DNA from: Nostoc punctiforme PCC 73102
Lineage (GTDB): Bacteria; Cyanobacteriota; Cyanobacteriia; Cyanobacteriales; Nostocaceae
Length of the DNA stretch: 32,000 nt
NCBI RefSeq assembly: GCF_000020025.1
Contig: NC_010628.1
Coordinates: forward strand, 1,200,001-1,232,000
Direction: 5' to 3'
Shown here piece after piece: positions 28,738 through 32,000 of the stretch. The notes below the pieces were generated by a model. That model worked only from the letters and a program-made list of their open reading frames with translations, was not told where the DNA came from and did no database searches. Made by a program: the position numbers and the translations under genes. Numbering within the stretch: position 1 is the stretch's first letter; each line of letters begins with the position of its first letter.

Positions 28738-28879
28738 TTTCAATCCATCCGCGCACCTTATGGAGAGTAGTTTTCAGCCATTTGCCTCTAGCCAATTCAC
28801 AATTCATCGTGTTATCATTTCAGCATTCGCGTAACCGAACCTTGAAAACCAAATAGGGCAAAGCTTTCATAAGCCAGCG

Positions 28880-29486
28880 ATTGCAATTTATCAAAATCCC
28901 TATTAGGGATTGAAACAATCTTTTTTGCTGATTATATCAAATCATTAGATGATTGCAATTTATCAAAATCCCTATTAGGGATTGAAACTTTACATGTACC
29001 CTAGTTGATACACCGTCCACATATTGCAATTTATCAAAATCCCTATTAGGGATTGAAACCTTACCGCACTTGATTGGGTATACAAAGCCAATATTGCAAT
29101 TTATCAAAATCCCTATTAGGGATTGAAACTCTATTATGTATACTTCTGCCCGGACTACGAGAATTGCAATTTATCAAAATCCCTATTAGGGATTGAAACC
29201 TAGGGCTTTTTAGTGACTTTCTAAATCTAAAAGATTGCAATTTATCAAAATCCCTATTAGGGATTGAAACATATTGGGAACCCATACACCATCTGTCTTA
29301 GGTTATTGCAATTTATCAAAATCCCTATTAGGGATTGAAACTACTGCCGCCACTGCCTCAGAAACAATTTTAGGATTATTGCAATTTATCAAAATCCCTA
29401 TTAGGGATTGAAACTCCGTATTTTTTCCCGATATGGCCCCTGGTTGCAAATTGCAATTTATCAAAATCCCTATTAGGAATTGAAAC
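28880..29486 (+). CRISPR. CRISPR array, 9 x 37-nt repeats and 8 spacers (33-36 nt), no cas genes in window
   Basis: The repeat is ATTGCAATTTATCAAAATCCCTATTAGGGATTGAAAC. Repeat starts are at 28880, 28952, 29023, 29093, 29163, 29234, 29305, 29378 and 29450. Repeats 1-8 are identical, and repeat 9 has a G>A change at 29478. An internal hairpin ccct-att-aggg is followed by ATTGAAAC (the typical Cas6 8-nt handle). That argues for plus-strand transcription with the leader at about 28514-28879. Confidence 0.95.
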
Positions 29487-29493
29487 GAATGAG

Positions 29494-29518
29494 AAAAGGG
29501 TGGGCAAGTAGCCCACCC
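29494..29518 (-). terminator. nifH rho-independent terminator (may also stop the convergent CRISPR transcript)
   Basis: On the minus strand gggtgggc tactt gcccaccc is followed by ttttct. It lies 21 nt after the nifH stop and 11 nt from the last CRISPR repeat. Confidence 0.75.
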
Positions 29519-29539
29519 TAAACCATTATTTAATTAGTA

Positions 29540-30445
<906 letters not shown>

Positions 30446-31776
30446 CTACAATGATTTAATTGATGGGTCGGAAGCTCGATATGAGATATTCACCCTTGGA
30501 ACGTAGGGAAGTAGAGCCTGTTGGCGTTAACGTGTAGCAACTTGTCGCTAGACATTGCACCCCGACAAAAACAGTCAAAATCAGAATATATTTACCCACA
30601 AAGCGATAGCTCAAGTGATAGAAAATCTCTATCTCCTAATAACGAAGTCTTTAAAACTTTGACTTCAGCATTGTCAGTTGTTGTAACAGAATTCCAAATG
30701 GTTGCTCAAGCCTCAAGAGTGGTTGCAGCAGGAATTCAAACGAACGCAGATTTGTTCCCTGAACCACACAACCAACCAAATTGCAATCCACTCTAAATGG
30801 TCACTGCAACTTTTTTGATTTTGCTGATGTCAAGTCGCCAAAAACTTCAATAGCGCTTATCATTTCGTGATTGATGCAGCAAGATAAATTTCAGCCTAAA
30901 AGTGGTAGCTATAGGTGCAATACTATAATGTTTGCACATGCAATCTCTAACACTTTGGCTTAGACAATATCTAAGTGACTTTTGACAGTATGGTTATGGC
31001 ACCATTCTGCTTAGAGTTTTCATTGCAAAAGTCATCAACTGCTTCAACTTAGTTCGCGGTTGAAAATGTTTGCTCCCACAAAACTAAGTTTGTAAATATT
31101 CTGTATTTCTATGGATTTGTCAGGCTGTACTAAGAGTCTTTCTTCCCAGACTCCAAGAGTAATTGCCTGTGGCGGGTAATGTTCTAGCTAGGTTAGCCAA
31201 CTCTTATTGACTCATACCCAGATAAATTTTGATTGACTTCAAGTTGTTACAAAGGCTACTATCCTACTCAATCTAGTTTTAGATTTTTGTTACAAAAAGA
31301 TGTAGCGAATTGAAGTGGACTTACCAGAGCAAAAAAACTTTCTTGAGCTTGCCTCAAAATTATCTTGAAGTCTTTTTGTACTTTCACTCGTTTTGATTCC
31401 TATAAAAACCATAACATACATCTCACTAATTTATTTGCCGAATCTCAAATTATTTATTTACTGGATAGAAGATTATCCTTAGAATCTTTAATAGTCATAA
31501 GTTACACGCTCAAAGATTGCCAATTATTGAAATTGTTGTTCATAGTCAATATGTACAGTTAGATACTTTTGCTTATTTGATAAAAGTATTTAAAACTAAT
31601 GTTTTATAACGAAAAAATAATTTGTTATTTTTCACTTCAAAATTTTGTCATGAAAGTAGATTCAATTAAGGTAAAAGCTAATAAGCTTTTAAAGATTGGC
31701 TCTTGCATCTCGTTTCCAGTAGAGGCTGGAAACGAGGTTTTAAAGGGAGTTTTAGCTGAAGTTGATACCTGTGTAA

Positions 31777-32000
31777 TTAGCGCTTGTGATGATTTCGCAT
31801 GGCTTTATGAATCTTTTTCCAGCGTTCTTTCTCGGCTAGTTGCATCCTCTGGTCTTGTTTGCGTGTAAGGTAATCGAGTTCTTTTTGCAACTTTTGGTAG
31901 CTGAGAAACCTGGAATAATCAAGTTCTCCTTCAGCCAAAGCCTGCTGCACTCCACAACCGGGTTCGTTATTATGCTGACAATTGCGAAAATGGCATTTTT
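31777..32000 (-). CDS. rsgA: Partial CDS (3' end only): ribosome small-subunit-dependent GTPase RsgA (YjeQ)
   Basis: Own translation of the minus strand: ...[73 protein letters not shown]-stop (TAA at 31777-31779). C-x-F-x-x-C-x-H-x-x-E-P-x-C is the RsgA C-terminal zinc-finger signature. Confidence 0.75.
   Translation of the reverse strand, partial: KCHFRNCQHNNEPGCGVQQALAEGELDYSRFLSYQKLQKELDYLTRKQDQRMQLAEKERWKKIHKAMRNHHKR

Noticed and set aside
28632-28856. The track lists a 74-aa plus-strand ORF in the CRISPR leader.
   Set aside because: It has no SD, it spans the dispersed repeat and the inverted repeats, and its composition is atypical (Arg/Gly/Leu-rich from GC-rich repeats). It is more likely non-coding leader sequence.
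29061-29285. The track lists a 74-aa minus-strand ORF here.
   Set aside because: It lies entirely inside the CRISPR array, and its repetitive peptide (SIPNRDFDKLQ...) is just translated repeats.
24745-29486. A TPR-CHAT protein lies within 1.4 kb of a CRISPR array, so I considered a type III-E (Craspase-like) locus.
   Set aside because: The window has no Cas7-11/gRAMP, Csx30/31 or any other cas gene. The TPR-CHAT ORF has a hydrophobic signal-like N-terminus and is frameshifted. An hli gene and another ORF lie between it and the array. TPR-CHAT proteins are very abundant in filamentous cyanobacteria, so the proximity is most likely coincidental.
30521-30796. A 91-aa ORF (TTG start) runs divergent from nifH, and there are small ORFs at 31365-31562 and 31599-31868.
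   Set aside because: They have no SD, show low-complexity or AT-driven composition, and have no recognisable motifs. The last one overlaps the rsgA 3' end on the opposite strand. I treated them as spurious.
31246-31259. gttacaaaggctac looked like an NtcA-like site upstream of nifH.
   Set aside because: It is GTT-N8-TAC rather than GTA-N8-TAC, lies about 810 nt from the start codon and has no obvious -10 box at the right spacing. That is too weak to call from sequence alone.

Overview
This looks like a chromosomal window from a filamentous, probably heterocyst-forming cyanobacterium (Nostocales-like). Supporting signs are many HIP1 palindromes (GCGATCGC), STRR-type heptamer repeats, psbA, an hli gene behind an HLR1 box, a CAAD/CURT1 protein, two Uma2 nucleases, a TPR-CHAT protein and nifH. 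I saw no rRNA or tRNA genes. Most of the window is a mosaic of unrelated housekeeping and accessory genes: an SLH protein, a histidine kinase, GH57 and GH13 glucan enzymes, an SDR, a DUF1400 hydrolase, malic enzyme, a PhoD-like phosphatase, DAHP synthase, DUF1823 and acylphosphatase. The most unusual part is 24.7-32 kb. It holds a frameshifted TPR-CHAT gene, an hli gene, an unknown 107-aa ORF and a 9-repeat CRISPR array with no cas genes anywhere in the window. The array converges on a solitary nifH that has no nifD/K downstream and a 1.3-kb ORF-free region upstream. A second theme is very small mobile repeats. A 41-nt hairpin repeat is inserted in frame in a Uma2 gene. A repeat with a 16-nt core occurs three times, once at the psbA stop codon where the D1 C-terminal extension is abnormal. 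There is also an intact ~1-kb IS and a decayed DUF2887/Rpn-like pseudogene. I could not identify a clear multi-gene novel system. The findings below are separate observations ranked by how much they deserve a second look.
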